Positions 19,824-28,462 of a stretch of DNA of 64,000 bases are shown here, piece after piece. How positions within the stretch are numbered: position 1 is the stretch's first letter; the number at the start of each line of letters is the position of its first letter. Origin of the DNA: Bacteroidia bacterium (GTDB taxonomy: Bacteria; Bacteroidota; Bacteroidia; Chitinophagales; Saprospiraceae). The stretch covers positions 3,879-67,878 of the forward strand of contig JAUIEA010000006.1 of the NCBI GenBank assembly GCA_030429045.1. Direction: 5' to 3'. The translations under genes and the position numbers were made by a program. Under the pieces are notes generated by a model, which did no database searches, was not told the DNA's origin, and worked only from the letters and a program-made list of their open reading frames with translations.

Positions 19824-19858
19824 AAAAAAGGCTTCCCGACACCGGGAAGCCTTTTTTA
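19824..19858. terminator. Bidirectional rho-independent terminator between convergent genes
   Basis: AAAAAA-GGCTTCCCG-ACAC-CGGGAAGCC-TTTTTT, a 9-bp GC-rich stem flanked by A and T runs. Confidence 0.8.
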
Positions 19859-19876
19859 TTGAACATCCATTATTGA

Positions 19877-20803
19877 TCACTTCTGAACCTTGGGCACCAG
19901 TACCGTATAGGTCTTGCGCGCCTTATTGGTCAGCTTATTGTCCTTCAACCAGGGATTGTACACCTTCAGCGTCCGGTAGTCTGTGCCGTACTTGATCGCA
20001 AAATCGCCCCAGTTCGGAACCGGTTCATTCACTTCGATCCGATAGCACTCCTGGAAAGGCGGATAGTAATCGGCAGCGGTCAATTGATACCCGAAGGAAG
20101 CCGGATCCTCCAGGATGGTCTTGAGTGCGACGATGCGAAACAGATACCGGGATGTTTCACTGTTGAGGTTGACCTCTTCATAGGTCGATGCCCGTTGCAC
20201 CTCCATTTCCCGGGCAAGTCTCGGTCCACCCATGTTATAGGCGGATGCTGCCAGCTTCCAGCTGCCGAATTTCTCGTAATACGATCTGAGATAGGCACAG
20301 GCCGCACGGGTGGATTTTTCCAGATGATTCCGTTCATCGATCTCACTGTTGATCTCCAGGTCGAAGGATTTTCCGGTCGCCTCCATGAATTGCCACACCC
20401 CTTTTGCGCCGGCAGAGGAGGTACCATTCATCAGGGCGCTTTCAGCCACGGCCAGATACTTGAGATCATCCGGCACACCCTCTTCCTTGAGGATCGGTTC
20501 GATGATCGAGAAATACCGTCTGGACTTCTTCAGCACCAGCAGCGTACTGGAATGATAGTATGCATTGACGATCAATTCACGATCCAGTCGCTCCCGAATA
20601 TCCATATTGGCCATATCCAGTTGTTCACCGGCGAAGGTAAATGCCCTGTCGGTGGCCACGGAGGTGATCATCTGAGGGAGCCCTGTGCCATTGATTTCCC
20701 TGTCCGGACCACTCGTTTCCGGGTCCAGAAAAGCCGATGCGGTGAGGGTCAGTCCGACAGTGAGAGTGAAGAATGAAAGCCAGTTCAGCCATGAAATTTG
20801 CAT
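19877..20803 (-). CDS. Lytic transglycosylase (SLT domain, MltD-like)
   Basis: 308 aa. YLAVAESALMNGTSSAGAKGVWQFMEATG is the SLT catalytic-Glu motif. An AYNMG motif is present and the N-terminus is a hydrophobic anchor or signal. Confidence 0.8.
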   Translation of the reverse strand: MQISWLNWLSFFTLTVGLTLTASAFLDPETSGPDREINGTGLPQMITSVATDRAFTFAGEQLDMANMDIRERLDRELIVNAYYHSSTLLVLKKSRRYFSIIEPILKEEGVPDDLKYLAVAESALMNGTSSAGAKGVWQFMEATGKSFDLEINSEIDERNHLEKSTRAACAYLRSYYEKFGSWKLAASAYNMGGPRLAREMEVQRASTYEEVNLNSETSRYLFRIVALKTILEDPASFGYQLTAADYYPPFQECYRIEVNEPVPNWGDFAIKYGTDYRTLKVYNPWLKDNKLTNKARKTYTVLVPKVQK

Positions 20804-20995
20804 ATCCGGGAATTTGTACTCTTTAACGAAGTGGTCAAGTGGGAAGTTGCAAAGTAATACAATTCAGATGTTCCCTCTTCATCCACCATTCTGCGATGAA
20901 TGACTCATGACCGAATGCCCGATTTTTAAGGAATTAGCTCTTTTTGTTTAACTATTTAGAACTTTCTAATCTGCATTGTTAAACAAAACGATCGA

Positions 20996-21026
20996 TTTGA
21001 TGATTATGTCGTCATCAATCATCAAA
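20996..21026 (+). promoter_or_regulatory. Perfect 10-bp inverted repeat (TTTGATGATT-N11-AATCATCAAA) immediately upstream of the DUF4397 gene
   Basis: Read directly from the sequence. The right arm ends 10 nt before the ATG at 21036. It could be an operator or a 5'-UTR hairpin. Confidence 0.35.
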
Positions 21027-21035
21027 AACTAACTC

Positions 21036-23909
21036 ATGAGAAAGTTTACCTTCCTCCTCATCCTGTTCTTCGTGGGTCTCGGCCTCCAGGCTCAAACCGC
21101 ACGATTACAAGTCATCCACAACTCTCCGAGTCCAACCGTGGATATCTGGGTGAATGGCTCTCCGTATGAAACCGATTTTGCATTTCGGGAAGCAACAGAA
21201 TTCAGGACCGTTCCTGCAGGAGTTGAGCTTGAAATCGGGATCGCTGTATCGCCCAGCTCATCACCTGGCGACATCATCGCCACCTTTCCCGTGACGTTGA
21301 CAGAAGGTGAAACCTATGTAGCGATCGCCAATGGGGTGGTCGGAGACATGATGACTCCATTCAATATCGAAGTTTTACCGGGTGCCAGCGAAAGCAGCAA
21401 TAATCCTGGCAATGTTGACATTGGCATATTTCACGGTTCACCAGATGCGCCCAATGTAGATGTGGACGCCAGACGGGTCATCACCCTGGTCGAAGACCTG
21501 CCTTTTGCTTCCTTTGAACCTTACCAGACCGTACCTGCCGGTGATTTCATCCTGGATGTCAGACCTGCTGGATCCTCCGTAGTAGCGGCCACCTTTTCTG
21601 CCAATCTCACCAGCCTGGGCGGACAGGCAGGGATGGTATTTACATCCGGTTACCTGGGCAAAAGCCCCGAATTCGGTCTGTATGCCGCCTTACCTGACGG
21701 AACTGTCGTGCCTCTTCCGGCACTGACCACCTCTCGATTACAGATCATCCACAACTCACCCGAGCCGACCGTGGATGTCTGGGTAAACAACCAGCCGTTC
21801 CGCACGGGCATCGGATTTCGTGAGGCCACTGAATTCATTGACGTGCCCGCGAACACCGATCTGATGATCGGCATTGCACCCTCTCCAAGTAGCGATCCAT
21901 CAGATATTATCTACACCTTGCCTGCCAACCTCCTGGCAGGAGAGACCTATGTGGCTATGGCCTCTGGCGTTGTCGGAGACATGAACACCCCATTTGGTAT
22001 TTCAGTATTTGATGCGGGACGGGAGTCATCAACTGATCCGGATCAAGTCGATCTGCTTGTTTTCCATGGTTCGCCAGATGCCCCGTCAGTGGATATTGAT
22101 GCGCGAAACGCAACTCCCCTGGTCCAGGATCTGGCCTTTGGCAGTTTCACAGAAAGTTATATCAGTGTTCCTGCGGATCGGTATATCCTGGATATTTCTG
22201 CCGCCGGCACGGATCCCATTGTGATCAGCTTTGAAGCCGACCTTTCTGCTGCAGGAGGAGCATCAGCCGTTGTATTTGCCTCTGGTTTTCTTGGCAACAC
22301 ACCTTCCTTTGGCGTCTTTGCCGCCCTGCCTGATGGCACTGTATTAGCCTTGCCGGCCATTGAGGCCGCCCATGTGCAGATCATCCATAACTCCCCTTCA
22401 CCCACGGTCGATATCTGGGTCAACGATGAGCCATTCAAGACGGATTTCGCTTTCCGGGACGCCACCGCATTCCTGGAAGTACCGGCAGGCGTGACGCTGA
22501 ATATCGGTATTGCGGTATCCCCGAGTTCTTCACCAAGTGACATCATTGCCACCTTCCCGGTCAATTTGACCAATGGTGAAAATTATCAGGTCATTGCAAA
22601 CGGGGTGGTCGGCGATATGATGACACCCTTCAACCTGGAAGTCCTGGAAATGGCCCGCCTTCGGGCAGTGGCTGAGGACCAGGTAGACATCCTTGCTTTT
22701 CACGGTTCACCGGATGCACCTTCAGTAGATATCCGCGCTCGAGGTGTCGGGACCCTGTTTCCTGACCTGCAGTTTGCTGAAGGCAGTGGTTATGCTTCCG
22801 TGCCTGCGGATCGCTATATCCTGGACATTTCTGCGACCGGCACTCAACCCATTGTGGCCTCCTTTGAAGCCGATCTTTCGATCCTTGAGGGTCAGTCGGC
22901 AACGGTGATCGCGTCCGGGTATCTCGGTCAGGATCCCATGTTTGGCCTCTTTGCCGTCCTGGCAGACGGAACTGTAGTGCCCTTGCCGGCCATCCAGGCC
23001 GCTCGCCTGCAGATCATCCACAATTCACCGTCACCCACGGTCGATATCTGGGTCAACGATGCACCATTCAAGACGGATTTCGCCTTTCGGGACGCCACCG
23101 CATTCCTGGAAGTCCCTGCCGGAGTGATACTGAATATCGGTGTTGCACCATCACCAAGTTCTTCTCCTGCAGACATTATCGCAACTTTCCCGGTAGAGCT
23201 GACGAATGGATCTACCTACATCGCCATGGCTCATGGCGTCGTTGGAAATATGACGACACCGTTTGATATTGCCATCTATGACCAGGCGAGAGAGTCTTCT
23301 GGTTCCTCAACCGAGGTCGATCTGCTCGTCTTCCACGGCTCTCCGAATGCGCCAACCGTAGACGTGACCATCGGCAACTCGCAGGTCCCCGTGGTGGACA
23401 ATCTGGAATATGGCACCTTCAACGGGTATCTCACCGTGCCGGCAGGCGAGTATCAGTTGAACATCACTCCGGCAAACGACAACACCAACAACCTGTTCAG
23501 CTATAATGCCGACATCTCGTCTCTGGGAGGTGGTTCAGCAACCGTCTTTGCGACCGGATTCCTGGGGCAATCACCGGCATTCGGACTGTGGGTCGCCCTG
23601 GCAAATGGCACTACCTTTCCGCTCAGCACCATCACCTCTACGGTCAGCCCTGTTCTGGGCGAATTGAGCATCTGGCCCAACCCGGTCCGGGAGGTGATCA
23701 ATCTCAGCACTCAGATCGGGAAAGACACCAGAGTCACCATGACCCTGGTAGATGTAAATGGACAGCCTGTGCAGAGCCAGAATCTCATTGCCGGTCCAGG
23801 TACGGGTAATATCCAGATCCCGGTTCCTTCGCTGCCGGCAGGGATCTACTTCCTGCAGCTCCAGCCAGAAGGCGGTGCAATCTCGACCCTGAGGGTCCTC
23901 AAACAATAA
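21036..23909 (+). CDS. DUF4397 repeat protein, T9SS-secreted
   Basis: 957 aa with signal peptide MRKFTFLLILFFVGLGLQAQ. The block RLQ(V/I)IHNSP.PTVD(I/V)WVN... recurs four times, which I read as DUF4397 domains in pairs. The C-terminus LSIWPNPVREVINLS...GIYFLQLQ is a Por/T9SS sorting domain. Confidence 0.8.
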   Translation: MRKFTFLLILFFVGLGLQAQTARLQVIHNSPSPTVDIWVNGSPYETDFAFREATEFRTVPAGVELEIGIAVSPSSSPGDIIATFPVTLTEGETYVAIANGVVGDMMTPFNIEVLPGASESSNNPGNVDIGIFHGSPDAPNVDVDARRVITLVEDLPFASFEPYQTVPAGDFILDVRPAGSSVVAATFSANLTSLGGQAGMVFTSGYLGKSPEFGLYAALPDGTVVPLPALTTSRLQIIHNSPEPTVDVWVNNQPFRTGIGFREATEFIDVPANTDLMIGIAPSPSSDPSDIIYTLPANLLAGETYVAMASGVVGDMNTPFGISVFDAGRESSTDPDQVDLLVFHGSPDAPSVDIDARNATPLVQDLAFGSFTESYISVPADRYILDISAAGTDPIVISFEADLSAAGGASAVVFASGFLGNTPSFGVFAALPDGTVLALPAIEAAHVQIIHNSPSPTVDIWVNDEPFKTDFAFRDATAFLEVPAGVTLNIGIAVSPSSSPSDIIATFPVNLTNGENYQVIANGVVGDMMTPFNLEVLEMARLRAVAEDQVDILAFHGSPDAPSVDIRARGVGTLFPDLQFAEGSGYASVPADRYILDISATGTQPIVASFEADLSILEGQSATVIASGYLGQDPMFGLFAVLADGTVVPLPAIQAARLQIIHNSPSPTVDIWVNDAPFKTDFAFRDATAFLEVPAGVILNIGVAPSPSSSPADIIATFPVELTNGSTYIAMAHGVVGNMTTPFDIAIYDQARESSGSSTEVDLLVFHGSPNAPTVDVTIGNSQVPVVDNLEYGTFNGYLTVPAGEYQLNITPANDNTNNLFSYNADISSLGGGSATVFATGFLGQSPAFGLWVALANGTTFPLSTITSTVSPVLGELSIWPNPVREVINLSTQIGKDTRVTMTLVDVNGQPVQSQNLIAGPGTGNIQIPVPSLPAGIYFLQLQPEGGAISTLRVLKQ
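21102..23637 (+). repeat. Four in-frame tandem repeats of ~633-636 bp inside the DUF4397 gene
   Basis: Repeat starts (R/H-L/V-Q-I-IHNSP) lie at 21102, 21735, 22371 and 23004. Copies 3 and 4 are near-identical at DNA level over their first ~190 nt. Confidence 0.8.
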
Positions 23910-23937
23910 GAATAGGGGTTTTTACATAGTTCAGCAC

Positions 23938-23970
23938 GCCACCTCATCGAAAGATGGGGTGGCATTTTTA
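23938..23970 (+). terminator. Rho-independent terminator after the DUF4397 gene
   Basis: GCCACCTCATC-GAAA-GATGGGGTGGC stem with one G-T pair, followed by ATTTTTA. Confidence 0.6.
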
Positions 23971-24135
23971 TTCCGATCCACCTGATCTGCCAGCCAGCAT
24001 GAACGCCAATCCCAACCCTTTTCAAGGAAAGCTGGATAGATGATCAATTGACTCCTCACAGATACACGAATACAGGCTGCTGCTTCCTGATCCCTCTTGA
24101 AGATCAGATATGCTGAACACCAATGGACCCAAGCA

Positions 24136-25815
24136 TTATCTAGCCGTGGAAACCGGCATATGCGGATCGTAATTCCCTTTGATGACCGGACTCTGGCGCA
24201 TACCGGTATAGGCACGGACATTCACATAGATATAGTCATACAGCTCCTGAATGCTCACCAGTGCATCGCCGTTATAATCGGCCTCCCCTTTCAATCCACG
24301 GATCAGGAAGTGACTGAAGACGCCCTGCCGAAGACCGCTGGATTCCAGAGAGGTCTCCTCTGATTTGGAAGACATGATGATGGCCGTGCCCTGGGCGGCT
24401 GCAAACAGATCCTGGTAGAAGTTTACCAGCTCGGGCTGGACTCCAACAGCCCGCTCCGCAAAGAGGCCTCCGCTGTGGCAGGCATCGGCAAAGCAGATCT
24501 TGTAGCGTGCCGGACTGTTCTGCAGCAGGTCGCCGATCTCTTCATGATGCAATTTTCGATTGTATCCGTCAAAATCAAAGGGCAGGAATGCCCCCTTGAC
24601 ACCGTGGCCGGAGAAATAGAGGACCACCAGGTCATCCGGACCAGCCTGGGAGAACAGATGCTGGATGGTTTCCCGGATATGATCCAGGGTGGCCTCCTCA
24701 TCCACCAGGATCCGGATCTGGCTGTCCGGCAAGGCGCCTCCTTCCGGACTTTTCAAAAATGCGTATACCCGGTATGCATCGTCGTCCGTATAACGCAAGG
24801 CCGGCATATGGTTGTATGCGGCCACTCCGACCACGACCGCCCAAACTTTCTGCGGGCGCGCATGCAGCTTGGGCTCATTGATCTGGACAGCACCGGTATC
24901 GACGGCACGTTCGGCCAGGAGCTCCGCTTCCATTTCTTCCGGAATCTGGTACTGCCCGTTGGTCCACTGACCGCGGATCACTGTGCCATCCCGCTTGTAC
25001 AGCGTACCCCGACCGTTGAATTGCCCTTCGTCCCATTCTCCCGAATAGCGGTCGCCATTGGCAAAGACCACCGATCCCTGCCCGGCAGGCCGGCCGCGTT
25101 CGAATTCCCCCTTATAGGTGGCAGAACCATCCTGATAGACATAGGTGCCCACCCCTTCTTGACAATCTCCTTCAATACATCCGAGGCTGATCTTTTCCGG
25201 CGATGCGGAACCGATGTACTCGCCATCCCGCCATTCTCCCTGGGTGATCTCTCCCTCTGCAGGGTACAGCGTACCCTTCCCGTGAGGGAAGTTGTTGCGA
25301 AAGGCACCGACGTATTTATCCCCGTTGGCATAATACCAGGTGCCCAGTCCAAGCAGTTTCCCGTTGACGAACTGGCCGTCATATTTGCTTCCATCCGGAT
25401 AGGCGAACGTCCCCAACCCGTTCTGGCAATCGCCGGCGATACACCCGGATTGAATATCCGTGCCATCGTTATCTTCCTCCTTGTCGGAGATCACATATTC
25501 CTCCAGCGGGTGTCCGGCTTCATCGACCGGCTTGCCCTTGTTCCACAAGCCCGAGTATTTATACCCGTCCGCATAGGTCTTGGTGCCTTTGCCCTGGGGA
25601 TACCGGTGCTTCCATTCCCCCTGATACTTGCTGCCGTCGGTGTAATAGCAGGTCCCGATCCCGTGAATCTCGCCATCCTTGAAATCCCCGATATACTTTG
25701 CACCCGAGGGATAGACGTAGATCCCCCTGCCATTCCGGCAATCGCCGGAAATACACTGCGCCTGCACCATCGCAGTGCCGAACAGCATCAATAGGAAGAG
25801 GAGGGCAATCCGCAT
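24136..25815 (-). CDS. Secreted MORN-repeat - caspase (C14) protein
   Basis: 559 aa with signal peptide MRIALLFLLMLFGTAMVQAQ. About a dozen MORN repeats are present (Y.G.(F/W)..G...G.G). The C-terminal caspase domain carries YFSGHGVKG and ADACHSG. Confidence 0.85.
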   Translation of the reverse strand: MRIALLFLLMLFGTAMVQAQCISGDCRNGRGIYVYPSGAKYIGDFKDGEIHGIGTCYYTDGSKYQGEWKHRYPQGKGTKTYADGYKYSGLWNKGKPVDEAGHPLEEYVISDKEEDNDGTDIQSGCIAGDCQNGLGTFAYPDGSKYDGQFVNGKLLGLGTWYYANGDKYVGAFRNNFPHGKGTLYPAEGEITQGEWRDGEYIGSASPEKISLGCIEGDCQEGVGTYVYQDGSATYKGEFERGRPAGQGSVVFANGDRYSGEWDEGQFNGRGTLYKRDGTVIRGQWTNGQYQIPEEMEAELLAERAVDTGAVQINEPKLHARPQKVWAVVVGVAAYNHMPALRYTDDDAYRVYAFLKSPEGGALPDSQIRILVDEEATLDHIRETIQHLFSQAGPDDLVVLYFSGHGVKGAFLPFDFDGYNRKLHHEEIGDLLQNSPARYKICFADACHSGGLFAERAVGVQPELVNFYQDLFAAAQGTAIIMSSKSEETSLESSGLRQGVFSHFLIRGLKGEADYNGDALVSIQELYDYIYVNVRAYTGMRQSPVIKGNYDPHMPVSTAR

Positions 25816-25830
25816 CGGACAAAGATAGAG

Positions 25831-27420
25831 CTATCCGCGGGGCCGCAGGTAAGCCAGAGGCATGTTTTCATCATAGCTCCCCTTGAGCACAGGGGTTTGA
25901 CGATCTTTTGTGCGTGCACGAACCTTTCGACAGACATAGTCATGCAGCTCTCCGATGCGAATGACACCGTCCTGATCCCGATCGGCGCCCCCCTTCAATC
26001 CCTGGCGCAGGTAATAGGAAAAGACACCTGCCCGCAGTCCCTTGTCTTCCAGGGAATATTCCTCCTGCCTGGAGCTCAGCAGGATGGCCGTGCCTCCCGC
26101 TGCTTTTTCCAACTCCTGGTAATACAGGTTCAGGTCAATCCCCGATCCACCTTTTGCGGCCAGCAGTGAACCCGAGTAACACGCATCTGCGATGACCAGC
26201 TTCTGCCGGGCCAGGCTCTGGTCGAGCAGGGAGGTGAGCTCCTGATAGAACAGCCGATTGTCAAATCCATCAAAATCAGCTGGCAACAGGGCACCGTCCA
26301 GCCCGTGACCACTGAAGTAGAAAAGGACCACGTCGTTCTCATCGGCATAACCGAACATCTCCTGGATGGCCTGGATGAGATGATCCCGGGTCGCATCTTC
26401 ATTGATGAGCAATCGAATTTGATCCTCGGGTACTGCGCCACCTTCCGGACTGCGCAAAAAGGCATACATCTGGTAGGCATCATCATCCGGGTATTGCAAC
26501 GATGGCATATGGTCATAGGGTGCAATCCCGGCCACTACCGCCCATACCCTGACCCGGTCATCCCGGACGGGCGAATACTGCTGGCGAATCATGGTCCGTG
26601 TGGGTGCCGTCAACCGCTTCAGTTGACCATACACCCATTGCCCTTGCAATCGGCGACCATCCACCATGTCCAGGGTCCCTTCGCCATGCGGGCTGTGCCG
26701 TGACCAGCCACCTGAATAGATGTCTCCATTCGCATAATGACAGATGCCGGTGCCTTCGGGCAGATCCCCAACCATGGTGCCTTCATACCGGCTTCCATCC
26801 ATGTAAACATACATAGATGCAGAAGGGCGAGAGCTTGCTGGTGCGATGGAAGCAGTTTGTTCGGGTGCCGCAGCTGCCCCTTCCCGGATCGGGGTGTCGA
26901 CCGATTGAAGGTCTTCATTCGGAACAGGACTTCCTTCCGACCATTGGCCGTCGATCCGGGTGCCATCCGATCGGATCCACACCCCGCGACCATCCATGAG
27001 GCCGTGTCGGAAAGATCCGATGTATTGCTCGCCGGTCGCCTTTGTCAGGGCCCCTTCACCATGCATTTTTCCGGTTTGCCATTGCCCCTTGTACACGCTT
27101 CCATCCCCGAACACCATGGTGCCCTCGCCATGATAGCGGTCGCGCATGAACTGGCCCGTATAGATGGATCCGTCGGGGCTGGTCTGTTGACCATGTCCAT
27201 CCCGGTAGTCGCGGACGAAGTCTCCCTCATACACCAACCCGGTGGAGAGGAGCAGCCTGCCCTTTCCCTGTCGCTTGCCATTCTGGAAGGACCCCTCATA
27301 GCGGGCGCCGCTTTCAAACTGATATACACCAGTACCGTTCATACAATTACCGGACATACATCCCCCTCCTGTGGTCGGAGGAAGAAAGCCCAACAGGCAT
27401 AACCAGACGCAGATCATCAT
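25831..27420 (-). CDS. Secreted MORN-repeat - caspase (C14) protein, paralogue
   Basis: 529 aa. The hydrophobic N-terminus is MMICVWLCLLGFLPP. MORN repeats are present (YEGSFQNGKRQGKG, YEGDFVRDYRDGHG and others). The caspase domain carries YFSGHGLDG and ADACYSG. It lies 15 nt upstream of its paralogue. Confidence 0.85.
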   Translation of the reverse strand: MMICVWLCLLGFLPPTTGGGCMSGNCMNGTGVYQFESGARYEGSFQNGKRQGKGRLLLSTGLVYEGDFVRDYRDGHGQQTSPDGSIYTGQFMRDRYHGEGTMVFGDGSVYKGQWQTGKMHGEGALTKATGEQYIGSFRHGLMDGRGVWIRSDGTRIDGQWSEGSPVPNEDLQSVDTPIREGAAAAPEQTASIAPASSRPSASMYVYMDGSRYEGTMVGDLPEGTGICHYANGDIYSGGWSRHSPHGEGTLDMVDGRRLQGQWVYGQLKRLTAPTRTMIRQQYSPVRDDRVRVWAVVAGIAPYDHMPSLQYPDDDAYQMYAFLRSPEGGAVPEDQIRLLINEDATRDHLIQAIQEMFGYADENDVVLFYFSGHGLDGALLPADFDGFDNRLFYQELTSLLDQSLARQKLVIADACYSGSLLAAKGGSGIDLNLYYQELEKAAGGTAILLSSRQEEYSLEDKGLRAGVFSYYLRQGLKGGADRDQDGVIRIGELHDYVCRKVRARTKDRQTPVLKGSYDENMPLAYLRPRG

Positions 27421-27564
27421 AAGCAGGATCTTTAGCGTAAGGTTGGATCAATAAGCAGGGGTTTAATCCATATAACCATCCGTAGAACCCGAATATTGCC
27501 AATTGATGCCAGACACTTCATATTTCGGCCACTCCACTATCTTTACGGCCTAAATATCTCTCCT

Positions 27565-28068
27565 ATGAAATATGGAATCATGCTGATGGCCCTGGTGGCT
27601 GGCCTCTGGTCCTGCGGATCATCTGCCGGTACGGACCCACAAGACGGATCCGGAGAAGCTGCTGTTGACAGTCTTCATTTTGGTGAAGTCATCACACCTG
27701 ATGGTGCCATCACCATGGATGAACTCCTGGGCAGGCTCAATGAATCGGACAGTGTGGCCACCAAGGTACGCGGACTGGTGACCTCTGTCTGCCAGGTCAA
27801 AGGATGCTGGATGACCATGAAAGCACCGACCTCCGATGAAGCACCTGAGATCTTTGTTCAGTTCAAGGACTATGAATTCTTCATGCCCTTCGGTCTTGCG
27901 GGATCAGAGGTGGTCATTGATGGCTATGCGTATCGGGACATTACCAGTGTCGAAGAGCTGCGCCACTATGCAGAAGACGAAGGTCTTTCGGCTGAAGAGA
28001 TCGCCGCGATCACAGAGCCAGAAGAGGAACTCAAATTCATGGCCAACGGTGTCGTGATCGTGCAATAA
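27565..28068 (+). CDS. DUF4920 domain lipoprotein
   Basis: Starts at MKYGIMLMALVAGLWSCG, which has a lipobox. The VCQVKGCWMTM motif is typical of DUF4920. The ORF-track frame opens upstream at 27496. Confidence 0.65.
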   Translation: MKYGIMLMALVAGLWSCGSSAGTDPQDGSGEAAVDSLHFGEVITPDGAITMDELLGRLNESDSVATKVRGLVTSVCQVKGCWMTMKAPTSDEAPEIFVQFKDYEFFMPFGLAGSEVVIDGYAYRDITSVEELRHYAEDEGLSAEEIAAITEPEEELKFMANGVVIVQ

Positions 28069-28088
28069 CACCGATCGACAAAGACCAG

Positions 28089-28124
28089 GAAGCCCTTTCG
28101 AAAACGAAAGGGCTTCTTGATTTT
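28089..28124 (+). terminator. Rho-independent terminator
   Basis: GAAGCCCTTTCG-AAAA-CGAAAGGGCTTC, a 12-bp stem, followed by TTGATTTT. Confidence 0.7.
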
Positions 28125-28144
28125 CGCATGCATCCCTTTCCCCG

Positions 28145-28462
28145 ATGGCCTTCCCCACCCGATCGATCGCTCCCGACCATTTCCTGGCAGAATGCACCCT
28201 CACGGATGGTGCCATCCTCCTGGATGTCCGCACCCTGGAGGAGATCCGTGAAGATGGAACGCTCCCCAATGCCCGGCATCTCGATTACCTGGATACCTCC
28301 TTCGAAGAAGCCATGGAATCCCTGGATCGGCTGAATCCCTACTATGTCTATTGCGATACGGGAAAACGGAGCCGACTGGTCTGCGAATGGATGGCCTCCA
28401 AAGGGTTCATCCTCATCGCCTACATGGAAGGTGGCACCCTCGCCCTCCGGGCTTCTTCCTGA
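28145..28462 (+). CDS. Single-domain rhodanese-like sulfurtransferase
   Basis: 105 aa with the active-site loop YVYCDTGKRS (CxxGxR[ST]). Confidence 0.75.
   Translation: MAFPTRSIAPDHFLAECTLTDGAILLDVRTLEEIREDGTLPNARHLDYLDTSFEEAMESLDRLNPYYVYCDTGKRSRLVCEWMASKGFILIAYMEGGTLALRASS

Noticed and set aside
24475-25794. 439-aa plus-strand ORF antisense to the MORN-caspase gene, and similar ORFs at 26305-27402 over its paralogue
   Set aside because: The minus strand shows regular MORN repeats and a caspase dyad, while the antisense frame is featureless. It is a shadow ORF.
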